NCBI GenBank assembly: GCA_008632985.1
Contig: QPGO01000090.1
Coordinates: forward strand, 62,001 to 126,000
From: Psammoneis japonica
Lineage: Eukaryota
Reading direction: 5' to 3'
DNA length: 64,000 nt
The translations under genes were made by a program, and so were the position numbers. The first letter of the stretch is position 1; each line of letters begins with the position of its first letter. The notes beneath the pieces are model-generated. The model was not told where the DNA came from. It searched no databases and was given only the letters and a program-made list of their open reading frames with translations. Shown piece by piece: positions 49,862 to 62,400 of this stretch.

Positions 49862-51418
49862 TCAGATGCAGTGTGTCTCAGAGCTTGCCTGCATGAACAA
49901 CATCTGATTGAAGTTTCGAGGTGAATTGTGAAGCTCAGAATCAACTTTCGCAGGCACATCATCGGCAATTACAGCTGCGCTGCTCAAAACAGAATCAGGA
50001 GGATGTGCAGCCTTTTTCTTACGAAAACTCTTCAGAAAAGGCAGAATGCGCTCCGTCCGCTTCTTGTGATCGGCTTTTTCTGCCTGGATGGCCGCTTCGA
50101 TGATGGTCTGATTCTCTTGCAAGGAATCAACAACTTGACGAAGCTCCTGCAGTTGCAAACGGAGGTCCACTTCCTCAGTGTCAACCAGTTGGGCCACAAC
50201 AAGAGGCCCGGCGTCCTGGGCTTCTTCAAGAGAGTCTCTTTCACTTGTTTTCTGCTTTCTGCCCACTTTAATGTCAGCCTCAGCCTTGTGAGTGACGTCA
50301 CCAAGAATTTGGTGAATGGCCGGTGGATCCGGTTTCACATGACAAGGAACCGCACCCGCATCAGCCGGAGGATCCGGGCATGCAGAACGTGCACAAGGAT
50401 CCCTTAATTCAAGTGTTTTTGATGGAAGTGAAGCTGTTTTTCGTGTGCTTGTGGCAATCTTGTTGTCAACATCTGGTGGATCGGGACGAGTGGCTGCCTT
50501 CGACTTGTGCTCTGAGCCAAAGGCTCGCTGCAGCAAAAGTCTCCGAGGCCTGCGTGATGTCGATGCCTCGTTGTTGCCACCTTGGTGTTCATTTGTGTCT
50601 TCTCTGTTGCCCTGCAACAAAGAGTCATGATGCTCCTGCTGCATCATTGCCAGCACATCTGCAGTCTCTCGCAAGCAAAGATCTAGTGCAGCAGCAGTCA
50701 TGCTGCGACTGTCTCTCACAAGCGATGCAAGAACTGACGGCATCGACTGCGAGATGGAGTCGAGCTCGAAGGACGCACAAGCAGTTTGCTGTTCTTCGTT
50801 TCTTCCTGGGATGACAATGACACTGGGAGGTTCAGCTTCTGGGTCGTCTTCCCCTCTATCTTCATGCCGCGGAGATGGTGGCGCGTCGTGGATGTGATTT
50901 CTGTCCACCGCATTTGCGTTGAACTCGAAAGCACTTTCCCATGGAGCAATCGCAGAGGCTCCAGTCGGTGGGGAAGGCTTGGTGATTCCCCTCTTTTCAT
51001 TTTTTTCTCTTTCAGCAAGAGACCAAGCAACCACTCTTGACGCAGCTGCTTGATGCAAGTCGCACAGCAGGCCGGGACGCCTGTGGGTCTCATCCCAATC
51101 CACCAGTGGCACACTTGCAACTGCTGATCTTCTGTCCACCTCTTTCTCTTCGAAGGCATGTTCCTCCATGTCATTGCTCGCACCCGCTGAGGCGAGAATT
51201 CCAATTGCGATCCCCCCAATTTCTGATGGACTTTGCATTCTTGATGCTGCCGAACTGCCACATTTTGGCGGCGACAGAGCCTGAAGAATCATCACGTGTA
51301 GATTGCTTTTTGCTGTCTTGTTGTGAGAACTGTTCAGAACACAAAAGTTCACTAAAAGAAAGCAATTCATCTGCATCTTGTGAGTGGGCCGTGCTGCAAC
51401 CGCTTGACTCGGTGTCAC
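49862..51418 (-). CDS. Uninterrupted 518-codon host-type ORF with no tyrosine (TpA-erased, CpG-retaining); true start, stop and functionality uncertain
   Basis: Protein-like composition (PDPP motifs, coiled-coil-like LRLQLQELRQVVDSLQE) unlike the spurious ORFs nearby. No Y in the translation, and CG is abundant. Confidence 0.6.
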   Translation of the reverse strand: MTPSQAVAARPTHKMQMNCFLLVNFCVLNSSHNKTAKSNLHVMILQALSPPKCGSSAASRMQSPSEIGGIAIGILASAGASNDMEEHAFEEKEVDRRSAVASVPLVDWDETHRRPGLLCDLHQAAASRVVAWSLAEREKNEKRGITKPSPPTGASAIAPWESAFEFNANAVDRNHIHDAPPSPRHEDRGEDDPEAEPPSVIVIPGRNEEQQTACASFELDSISQSMPSVLASLVRDSRSMTAAALDLCLRETADVLAMMQQEHHDSLLQGNREDTNEHQGGNNEASTSRRPRRLLLQRAFGSEHKSKAATRPDPPDVDNKIATSTRKTASLPSKTLELRDPCARSACPDPPADAGAVPCHVKPDPPAIHQILGDVTHKAEADIKVGRKQKTSERDSLEEAQDAGPLVVAQLVDTEEVDLRLQLQELRQVVDSLQENQTIIEAAIQAEKADHKKRTERILPFLKSFRKKKAAHPPDSVLSSAAVIADDVPAKVDSELHNSPRNFNQMLFMQASSETHCI

Positions 51419-52990
51419 ACATCATCGTCATCCGTCATCCGCTGTCACAGTTTCTTTTTCTTCTCTGTCTTTTCAATTGATGTGGAACTGCAGCATTGCC
51501 GCCAAGTGCCAATCCTTGTCAGTGCCACAGCACTGTGTGCACAGTGCTGTACATTGCACGGTGTTAAGAGGGCGGTCCAGAGATCGCCTGGTGCACTTTT
51601 TACGTAGAAACTGCCAGAGAGCCAATCACGTACATTCCCACACAGACGCAGCACAAAACAGAAAGCATGGCACTCCATCACGCGACCTCACGACGACACC
51701 ACCTGACGACAACGCATCAAAATGGCGTTGTCCGCATCTTTCTGCAGCTCCTCTTTCACTTGCCCGATTGCTCCAAAAGGGCCAGGGGAAGCTAATGAGC
51801 TTTCTCTTATAACAGAGCAATGCAAACAAAAGTTGTTTTTTATTCCAAAATCTCAGAATACAGTGCAACCGATTGTCAAGGCGAACTCGCACGTTGGCGG
51901 CAACAACACCAGTTGATGTTCACTCTAGAACAACAATGGAGACGTGATGCCCCAACAAAATAAAGTCCACACCCCCATGATAAATTTTAAAGCTGGTTCT
52001 TCTTGTTGGCACACAATCTTTAGCTGCTTTTTAGAGTTTGTTGCATTGGCTGACAAATTGGGCAAGTGAGCCACACATTTCTAGCTTGCAAACTGCCTTG
52101 CAGCCAAAAGAAGCAATCTAAACCTTCAGAACAGCCATGATGCACTGGTCTGCCGAATCAAACTCCGCATCACCAAGTGGAGGCGGGGAGAACCATTGTC
52201 AAAAATGCGCTGTGATGGATCTGAGCTCTTGAGAGCTTGTCCAGCTTTTGACACCACAGCCCCAAATCACCACATTTATCATGAAGTCAGCCTGATGCTG
52301 TGTCTGTGACTTTGCCTCGTTTTGGAATTGCCACGGCCATCGCATTGCAGAATTGACATTCTTGACGAGGAAAAGTGTTTCTGGGACACCTTGCGACGAC
52401 GGAGACCCTGCAGAACAAAAGAACAATGTAGAAAGAGACAACACATGCAAGTCAAACGGGTGTTAATGTGTGAAGCCTCAACGAAACACACAGCACGAAT
52501 GGTGATGCATGAGGTCGGTCGTGATGCAACAGAAGCGACACTGTCAACGCGAACCTTCAGTGAGAATTTTCACCATCAGCTGCCCATGTGAACCTGTGTG
52601 CTCTCGAGCTTGTCACATGCCTTGTGCTGTGACGTAAGACATTCTGTTGAGAGTACACTGTAAAGTGCCTCAGAAACAACCGCATTTTTGAAATCGGCGA
52701 AACGCCATTGTCCGTGTTGTTTTGCGTGTCATTTTGCGTCGCGAGCCAGAAAACACTCCCAAAAACTGTTCTACAGGGCAAAATGCACTGAATCTACACA
52801 GATTTGGGTTGCACCAGGCCACGTAGAAAATGAACGGGCCAAGAACTGTGGTGCGCCCACTTGATGCGTAGAACATGGAACAGCTCTGCTTCACGACATC
52901 CGCGTTTGCTTTAGTCGTGGGTCTTGGCTTGGCGAGTAAATTCCGATGGAGAGGACGGACAGGCGAGAGGAGTGTGAGTCTTGCATGCGT

Positions 52991-55900
52991 GTGGCTGCGC
53001 CACCCAGTGGTCTACCTTTCACAGTCGCCCAGACTTGGACAGTGGGTGCACCAAGAGGCCAGGAGCAACAGGCTGGGACAGTTTGCCAATTGGTCCCAAA
53101 CCTTGCATCCCAGGCCAAGTGAAAGCCCGGGAGTGGAGGAGGGTGGGTTGCAAAAACAATTGCTTCGACCTTCAGACAGCGCTGGTGTCGCAACCGAGGC
53201 AATGAGGTTCAACTGCCTTGTTGTTTTTCTCTCATTGGCTTCAGCTGGTGCATTGGACAGGTCATCTCGTGGGTGATGTGGTCTGAGTGTGCATCTGTTG
53301 TCTGCACGCTTCATCACTGCACCTGTTCCACGCAGACCTCGGTGGCTGCGCCGCCCCACCCAGTCTGGCTTTCACAGTTGCCTGGACTTGGATGGCAGGC
53401 ACGCCAGGCTGGGAGCAATGGGCTGGGACAGTCCACCAATTGGCCCCATTCCTTGCATCTCAGACCAAGCAAAAGCCCACTGCATCCAAAGGAAATTGAC
53501 TGGGGTGGGACAGGCAAAGTGCCTGTTGGGAGATTGTGCGCATCTTCAGCAGGGACTTGGCTCAGGATTGGAAGGGTTGAAGCAGGGATGGCAGAACCCG
53601 GGACAAGAGAAAAACTTCTGTGTGTCAGCATGTTGGTGGCAAAGCTGTGCATGAGGGGTTTGCCTGAGTGTGCAGGTCGCGAAGCATTTTGTCGGAGCAT
53701 CAGCGGCCGACAAGACGAGTCACATCAGGATCTTTGTTGGCACAAAGAAGTGCCATGGCACCACCAGCTTGGAGGCTGCGAGTGGAGGCATCATTGGGAG
53801 ATGAGCTGCAGGTGTTGAAGTTGGCCATGGCATTGAGACAGCTGGCATTGGTGATGTCACTCAAGGCGACATTGGCCCAGCGGTTGTTGCAACAAATGGC
53901 ATGCAGTGGCGTGTCGGAAGGAGCATTGTGCTCTCACAAATGCTTGACATGATGGTGCAAGGCCTGGATCAGACCAATTTTGGGGTTGGGAGTTGATCCA
54001 TGCCCAATCAATTCACCAGGAACTCTGTTCTTTTGCATGGTGAACAGAAGGGTGACAAAATTGGTGGTGCAAAGGTGTGAGAGCGGGGCAACAAGCAGAG
54101 TGTGGAGACGATGGGCGGCAATGTGAAAAGTGACATCTTGGAGTCAAAAGGGGTCACTGCAAGATTGTGCAGTGGTCTCGGCATGTTTGCCAGGATGGCA
54201 CAAGAAGAAGAAACCAATTTAGACCATGTCTGAGACAGCCAACACAAATGTGCCGGTGGTTTGCTTTGCCACAACATGCACTTGAGGAATCAGTGTCAAT
54301 GGTGCAGGCTTCATGTGTGTGGGCGGTGGATCCCAGTTGCACCACCCTTTGAGTTGCTGTGCCAGCCAACAGTTGAGGTTGCAATTGTCCACCAGGCAAT
54401 GGTCTTGGGACCCCAGGCTGGCAATTGTCTGGCTGACACCATGGAGGATGTCCTCCATGGCACAAGACTGGATGGCAACACTGCCAGGAACAATGCGTCC
54501 TTTGCAATGGTGGCAGCAAACACCATGAGGAATTGGGTGGGGTCTTCCATGTTGTCGAGGAAAGGGTCAATGCCCAAGGTTTTGCAATGGCAGGTCCAAA
54601 ATTCCCAGGCAGAATCATGGCGGGCGGCACATTCAGGAATGACACAGGATCTGGCCTCTGACTGCACAGTGCTGAGATCACGGAGGCAAGCATTGTGGGT
54701 CTCAGCCAGCAGAGTCACTGCGGCAGGGTCTGGGGATGTTGCTGTTCAAAATGAGACAGAAATGCAGTGTTGGAGAGGTTCCAGAGTCTGGAGGCATTGT
54801 TGGCAATCATGTTGGTCCAGCCCAAGATGTGATCCCACAGCACCAAGTGGCGGCAGTGGTGCTGGTGTGGTGCACTCAAGCAGAGGAGGTGCACGGCAGC
54901 ATTGCATGCAGTGAGCGAACCTTTTCATGACCGGGATGCTGCAGGCATGTTGTTGGTGAGCACACCTGCTGTGCATTCCCACACATTGTGCTGTTGCACA
55001 AGAATGTCTGGGTGTGCAATGGTGCCAGTGAGCTTGAAGTCACTGTTGGCAAGGTCGCCATGTGGGTCATCCCACAACACAACAAAGCATTCTTGGATGT
55101 TGTGGGGAAATGGCTCACACCATGCAAGAGGTTCACCATTGGGAGTGAACCATGTGCCACCCATTCCCGGTCCCACAGCGTCCACTGTGCCAACAGCAGA
55201 CAGCATGTTTTGCACAATTTTGGCAAGATGTGTGGGATGGGCAATGATGTCACAAGCCAACATTTTGATGCTGTCAAGCTGAGCACGCATGGCAGAGTCA
55301 ATGCAGATGTTGCAACAGGCTGAAGAGCCTGTGCCCACCAGGTGTGGCAATGACCACACTGTGGAGCTCCCCAAGGACTGTGTGCCAAGTTTTGACAGAC
55401 ACACAACAAATGTCACACAAGCTGTCAAAGACTTCCAGGAGATGCACAATTTGGTGTGAGGGCAATGCAATGATCTGTTGCAGGGTGTCAAACCAGTTCC
55501 TTGTGAGTCAAAGCAACCATTGGTGACAAGGGGTGCAAAATGTGTTGTCTGTGGTGATGGTGTGCATGACAACCGAGTGGGAGTGTGCTTGTTGTGACTG
55601 AGCCTCATGCCCGCAACAGTGAGGAAGATGCTCAAGCCACTGTTGATGTCTTGCTTGGGGATCAGCACTGCCCAGCCAAAAGCTGTTCATCAGGTGTTTG
55701 AACAACTCTGGTGTGAGAATGGGAGCATTGGCAATGGCACCAACCTGCTGAGCCCATTGGCCCAACAGAGCCTGGATGGAAGACACAGCTTCACCCTTGC
55801 CTGCCCCAGCCAGGGCATGCCACATCTCAGGTGATGCAGTGTCGTTGTTTGCCTCACACATGTGGCAGATGCTGGCAACTGTCTGGGGAAATTTTTCAGT

Positions 55901-56593
55901 TGGTGACTTGGGAGCATGTTCCACTGTGCAAGTGTCAGTGGCCTTGGTGCACTGCTGGGCAAACTTGGTGTGCATCACTTGGAGCATCTGTGTCAGGATG
56001 GTGTTTGCAGTGCCCATGTGGTTGGCAAGGGCTGGCAGGTCCTGCATCAACCACAACCATGCACAGTGGTTGAGATGAGCATCCTCTGCCAGTGCTGCAG
56101 GGGTGGCCACAGAGATGCTGGGTGGCAGATCAGGATTGCCAGCTGCATTGCCAGGATGGTGGGTGCAGGCCACACAAGCCCAGTCAAGGAGGGGGGTGCA
56201 GGCTTCTCCACACCCATCAGCAACAATGAGCTGCATCACACCCATCCAGAACTGCTGCAGGGTGAAGCTCTGATGATGGGCCACAACAAGGGACATGCAA
56301 GCAGGCAGAATCAGCATGAGGAAACAAGTGTGCACCTCTTTGACTTGTGCCACTCCATCAGCACAAGGTCCGAGACAGTCAGCACTGGCTGCCACAGCCT
56401 CTGATTGCAAAAACAATGGTTTTGACCTCAACAGTGGTGTCATGATCAAAACAATGAGGTTTGACTGCCTCATGGTTTTTCTCTCATTGGCTTCAGCCAG
56501 CGCATTTGACAGGTCATCTTGTTGGTGATGCAGTCCGAGTGCATCTGTTGTCTGCAAGCTTCATCACTGCACCTGCTCCACACAGACCTTGGT
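52991..56593 (-). mobile_element. Ngaro-type (DIRS order) tyrosine-recombinase retrotransposon, internally deleted and degenerate
   Basis: Split direct repeats A1(56593-56405)-ORFs-B1(53478-53342)-A2(53343-53148)-B2(53128-52991). Gag-like ORF 56557-55650, RNase H (DAVGPGMGGTWF..NSDFKL.G.IAH.DIL) and YR motifs IGFFFLCHPG, RSLQAGGAMALLCA and RLVGR..SDKMLR.LHTQA. Confidence 0.85.
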
Positions 56594-57741
56594 CATGCAG
56601 GCATTGCTGATCCAACTGAAATTGTGCAGCACACATCTGGTGTTTGTTGTTTTTTGCATCATTTCTGCAAGCGTTGCATTGCTGATGAATGATCAACAAA
56701 GTCTGATGAGCACAGTTAAAATTTCAAATTCAACAGATGTCAGACCTTCATTGACAAATTTAACATGGAATGGAGCAAAGTGACATCACCTCCTAAACCC
56801 CATTGGCCAAGCTGGATGACAACAACAATGGCAACAATGGCAGCTCTGATTCAACGCCCACAAAATCCCCTGCCAAAAGAGCATGAGTGGAGACTTGAAC
56901 ACTCACCCTTCACACTGAGAAGGAAGAACAAGCAAAGAGATTGAGAGTGGGAGGACATGCTGGAATTGCAACTTGGGGCCAACCTCTCAAGTGCAAATCT
57001 GTTCATGCTACAAACATGGTCAACAAATGTAAGAACAAGGGAGGACTCCCAACTTGCAGAATGACGAGCAACAGGAACTTGGATGTGAAGCCACAGAAAC
57101 TTCCAACCTTCCCAGAATCCAGTCCACTTCAGCCAAAAATCTGTCAATTCATCAACAAGACCCCTGATGCCACTGACAAACAAAACAAAGACAAGGCTGG
57201 CACTGAGGCCAACAAAGAAAACATTGCACATTGGCAGAGATGGTGAGGAGGTTTGAACTGCCACAGAGGGGAGTGCACAGTTGGAGGACAAGGAAAGCTC
57301 AGAGGGAGCTGTCATTCCGTCAATTGATGACACCAATGCCACACCCAACGACTTCAACTCAGATGCAGAATGGATCATGTGTGAAACGCATGGCAAGACA
57401 TGTCATCTTGGCGATGGTGCTGAACTGGATGGTGGGACATTGGACAACAAATCATGGCAAGAGCACTGGCATGCTGGCTGATGCCCTGCCCATTGCAACA
57501 ATGCAATGCACCAAATGGCTCAGTTGGAAAATGATTCATTGCAATGTTGGCAGAGCTGTTGCATGGAGTCACAACATGGAAGTGGAACTTGGAAAGGTTT
57601 GCAGTGTGTCAAATGGTCATTTTGCTGCAGCAGGGCTGCAATGTAGAAGGAGCCAAAGATGTCAAAACCTTGCTCAGCATGTGCATGGATGATTGGGACT
57701 TGGGTGAGAGCAAATGCTGGTCCAGTCAATGAAACAGCTGC

Positions 57742-58767
57742 TTGAAGCAAACCTCAAGACAGTTCAAAGGGAGGAGATGCCTGAACAGCACTTCAAGACA
57801 TTCAATGGATGGTGCTGCTCTCCAAGGGAACCCAAGAGGAGCAGTCAGGCACATCTCTGAATGCAAAAAAGGTGAAATCCTCTCACTGGATGATGCCAAA
57901 GAAAAAACCAATGACACAGTGTTTGAGGCACTTCAGAAGAAACATCCAAACCAGGGGTCCCAGATGAAGACCATTTTCACAAGTTCTGTGAGCTGCCTGA
58001 GCTTCAAAACATCCTCACTGCAAATGGCGCTGTCAAAACCGTTGCACAAAGACTGTCTGGGAGCACAGGACTTGGCAGATCTGATGCCAATGCAGCATCT
58101 GAATGGCTTCTCTGTCATGGAAAGGCCAGCGGAGTGCTCAGAGAAGTGACGCGCATGTTTGCAAATTGGCCAGGCGGCAAATGAGTTGCCCCCATTGGCT
58201 GCATGCTGTGCAATCATGGAGAAGTGACTTGTTGTGCTAGAAAAAAATCCGGGTGTGCATCAGGTTGGCACAGGGGAGGCATGGCAACAAGCTGCGGCCA
58301 AAGCCATTCTCCTGGTTGCTGGAGCAGAGGCCAAGGAAGCTTGTGGGACAGACCTGCTGTGTGCTGGACTGGAAGCAGGCATCAAAGGTGCCATCCATGC
58401 AATGAGTGTTCTCTGGAAGCAACACAAATTTGAAGATGGCTGCAGATTTCTTTTTGTCAATGCCTCCAATGGGTTCAACAAAGAGAACAGGATCCCAACG
58501 CCATGCAACATGAGGCACCTTTGGCCATCCAGTGCAAGGTTCACCTTCAACAGCTGCAAGTGTTGGAGCATCCTGATCATCCACGGGAACTTTGGAGCTG
58601 CCCTCATTTTGTTCAGCAAAGAAGGTGTCACGCAGGGTGACCCACTTGGTGTGGGAGCACATGGACTGGGACTTCTTCCACTGGTCCACAAGATGAATGA
58701 ACGTTTCAAGAATGCACTTGCCCCTTGGTGTGCTGATGACTCCACAGCAGTGAGCGGGAAAATTTGA
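57742..58767 (+). mobile_element. Non-LTR retrotransposon RT remnant, CRE-like clade
   Basis: PGVHQVGTGE, EACG..LCAGLEAGI.GAIHA, RHLWPS.ARFTFN, EGVTQGDPL and WCADD (=WYADD). Element boundaries not resolved. Confidence 0.82.
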
Positions 58768-59380
58768 CATCCTGCGTTTTTTCCCCCGAAGACATCAAGA
58801 TTTTAATGAACCTCAATGAGCTGCACCCACCAGCAATTGATTTTGCCCACAATCATTTCCCTCATGTAAAAAAAGCCAGCGGGCAAGTCCATTCAGCACA
58901 TCTTCTTGCCTCCCAGAAGCCAGAAAAACCCACAAAACACAACATGAGTTGAAAATTGAAAGTGCTTGTGATGCAGGAGAAAAGAAGAGAATTGAAGCTT
59001 GCAGCCAGGAGATTGGTTGCACACACAAACATTCCTGTGACCTGCACATGCAGAAGCTCTGCAGGCGACCCTCAGCATTGTTTGTAGAAAGCACTTTCTC
59101 ACGCAAACAATGTGTTGTGCCAGCAGTCACATGATGTCCTCCATTCTCCATCACAAAAAGCAAAAAATGAAGGAGGGGATGTTGCAGCTTTGTTTCTTTG
59201 TTCCACATCCTGAGTGAACTCAATGATCATTTTTTTTGTGATTTCCAAATTTTGTGCACTGATGAAACATTGTGTGAATGCATGACAGGGAACATTTTGC
59301 CAAGCAAATCACTGAACAATTTTGATGTTTAATCTTAACTCATGTGATGTCGCAGTTTTCTTTTTTTTGTGCTTCTTCAA

Positions 59381-59922
59381 GGCAATCGCAGAACCGCGCG
59401 AGAAATGAGAAGACGATTCGACTTTCTGAATTTTTTTTGCACTGTAAACTTCGTGCGCGCTACACGCATCATCGCTAAAAATCGGCGACATGACGATGGT
59501 GCGTTGTCGTAACGACGGCGATAAAAACGACGTGTCCTCGACTGTTTGGGCACCACAGACATTTAGTTCATTAAGTTTAAGAACGTGTTCAGTCATGAAA
59601 GTCCCCGGGAGAAGCCTCCGTTCGAAAGCAAAACGTCACACCAATGCCGAGCTCAATTTTTCGACCATCGTTTGGTTTGATGCATTCGATTGTGGAACGA
59701 CCAAGAGTTCGTCCGGGGGACTTTCTTGATGCACACGTGTTCTTAAGAGTGTCATTGACACAGTCGCTGAGTGCCAATTGTGAAGTCTTTCTCTAGGAGT
59801 GTCGCAAACTTGTCATCGTCATCGTCGGCATTGAACGGCAATTTGTCGCGCAAATCGCGAAAACACAGCACGGACCGTTGTCTTCCGACATTGAGCTGCT
59901 GCACGCGACTGCTGCGCACACC
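59381..59922. mobile_element. About 540-bp TTAA-flanked non-autonomous element, copy 1 (Kolobok-like termini)
   Basis: TCAA|GGCAATCGCAG...CACACC|TTAA. Collinear with 59951-60484. Confidence 0.7.
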
Positions 59923-59950
59923 TTAAAAAAAAACTTTCATCTTTTTTTAA

Positions 59951-60484
59951 GGCAATCGCAGAATGAAGGGGCAAAGGCACGACAATTTGATTTTTCAGGA
60001 TTTTCCACTGCACGAGAAACGCGCAGCGCGCTACGCGCCTCGTCGCCAACAATCGGCGACGTGACGGTGGTGCGTTGTCACAACGACAGCAATGACAGCG
60101 ACGTGCCCCAGAGTCTTTTGTCATCACAGACATTTAGTTTGTCATGTTTAAGAATGCATTCAGTCATGAAAGTCCCCGCGAGCAACCTCCATTAGAGCGC
60201 AAAACGTCACACCAATGAGGAGCTCTGTTTTTCGACCGTCGTTTTATGCACTCAATTGTCGAACGATCATGAGTTCGTCTGGGGGACTTTCTTTACACAC
60301 ATGTGTTCTGCATGGTGCAATTGATCAATGTGTTAAGTGCCCATTGCAAAGTCATCCTCTGTCAGCGTCTGAAAATTGTCATCATCACGTCGGCGTCGAC
60401 GGCAATTTGTCGCGCAAATCGCAAAAAATGCACGACTGTCGTCTGTCTGACATTGCGCCACTGTGCGCTCGTTGTGCACGTGCC
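59951..60484. mobile_element. About 535-bp TTAA-flanked non-autonomous element, copy 2 (Kolobok-like termini)
   Basis: TTAA|GGCAATCGCAGAA...TTGTGCACGTGCC|TTAA. Confidence 0.75.
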
Positions 60485-61879
60485 TTAAAACGAGTCCTCT
60501 TTTTTTGTGAATGCTGACATCACCCCCTTTTTAAAAATGGGCTTCTTAAAAAAAAAGCTGTGAAGGATCCACATGATGCACTCCATTCTTTGTGTTCACT
60601 TTCATGTGCCAACCTTCTCATGACAACACATTGCAGCATTGTTCTGAAAACGGCCCCGGTGTGAACTGCTGGGAAGCTTTCCAACTGTTGACTGAGTGCT
60701 GTTCTTGCAACAGCTGCAATGTTGAGCAGCAATTTTGCTCCTGTCACAACTCAAAGAGCACGTGAGTGATTGCAACCCTGGCGCAGCGCTTGCATTTGCT
60801 GCGCCACAATTCAATTCTTGTTGCTCAACTGTCTGACAACTTGTTCACCATGACAATGCCCCACCACAATTGCGAGGGTGCTCATGGAGGTGGAGGGGGC
60901 TCAGCCTTGTTGCCCATCCTTCTGTTGTCATCCTCTTTGTCTGAGGATGATGGGGATGTTGTTGGCAAGACATCTCTGGCAACCTCTTGCACTGCTGTTG
61001 GCTGTTTGTCTGAGTCATCAGCATTGTTGGATGATGACAGCAGCTCCCCTTTTGCTTCTTCAGGTCTGAATCTGCATTGTGCAACAAAAGGGATTCAAGG
61101 TGAGTGCAAGAAGATTCCTGCTGTGTCAACGGCTGCTTCTCATGTTGCTCCGGCTTCCAGGTTCTGCACACATGATTCTTCATTGTTAGATGACAGCCTT
61201 TTGGAGTCGCCTTTTGTGGGAAAGAAGCAGCATGCAACGGCCAAGTCTTCCACTTGTGCTGGCAATGAGCTGCTGTCATTAGATTGAGAAGATGACAGCA
61301 TCAGGGAGTCACCATTCCCTGGGTTGCACAGCACCAACAAGTGTTGTGCCAGCGGCAATGAACCATCTTCTTCAGATGAAGATGATGACAAAAGTGTTGC
61401 AGAGTCACCTTTTCACAAATCTCTTTAGCTGCGTCACATCTTGTGGCATCAGATGACTTGCTGAATTTGTCAAAGTGACACAAACACAGCAACATGAGGT
61501 TGCCATGCTCAATCTGTTCCAGCTTGGCAGCTTTGTCAGAGAATGAAACAAGTGCACCACTTTGCAGCTGAGGCAAGCAGTCTGTGCAACAAAGCAATGG
61601 CTTCTGTGGAGGGACATTTGGTGAGTTCTTGTCTCAACACTTGGCAACGTCAGCCAGAAAACTGTTGTAAAAGGCAGCACAGTCTCAACCTGTGTTGCTG
61701 TTGCTCACCATCTCAGCAACATTGAGCATCGCAAGGAGACGTGTGGTGTCTTGCCAACTCACATTGGTGCTGCAAGCTGGCACTGCATGTTGTGGTGACA
61801 CCAAAATCTTTGTGTGGAGAATCTTTGCAGAAGATTGACTGAATTTCTGGTGGCGCCAACACAGACAGAACAAGTCGTC

Positions 61880-62400
61880 TTGTGCCCAGAAGCACGCACA
61901 TGATTTGGGCCATTTGTTTTGTGCACAAATGCATCTTGAAGGAAGGGAACAGCTGACTGAGCTGCAGAATGCCAGGGAGGTCAGTTGTCTCATCCTCCAG
62001 CTTGTTCTTCCACTCCTCCAGATCTGCGTCCCGGAACTTCTTGCCAAATTTGATTGTGTTGTTCACAGCACACCTTGTCAAGCCAAGTTCTGACCGCATC
62101 TTTTCTTTTGACTCTCTGGCAATGTTGCAGACAGTGTCCTTTGATGGTTGTGCAATGTGATTGGCCATGTAAAATGATGCATCTGTCATCTCCACCAAAC
62201 TCTCCTTTGCAAACTCAGATGGCATCTTTTTGCCAGCTCTGAACTCATCAAGCAGATTCATTTGTGCCGTGCTGCAACAAGAACCACATGGCTTCCCTTT
62301 CACATGGAGACAATTTCCTGCAAAGGTCAAACAAAGAGAAAACGCATTCCAGGTCTGTGTGGGACCTCGCACTGCTGAACTGTGACATCAACAGTTTTTT
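61880..62400 (-). mobile_element. Possible Mutator/NOF-like transposase remnant
   Basis: PGILQLSQLFPSFKMHLCTKQ resembles the segment preceding the first catalytic Asp of MULE-like transposases. The catalytic motif itself was not seen. Confidence 0.3.
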
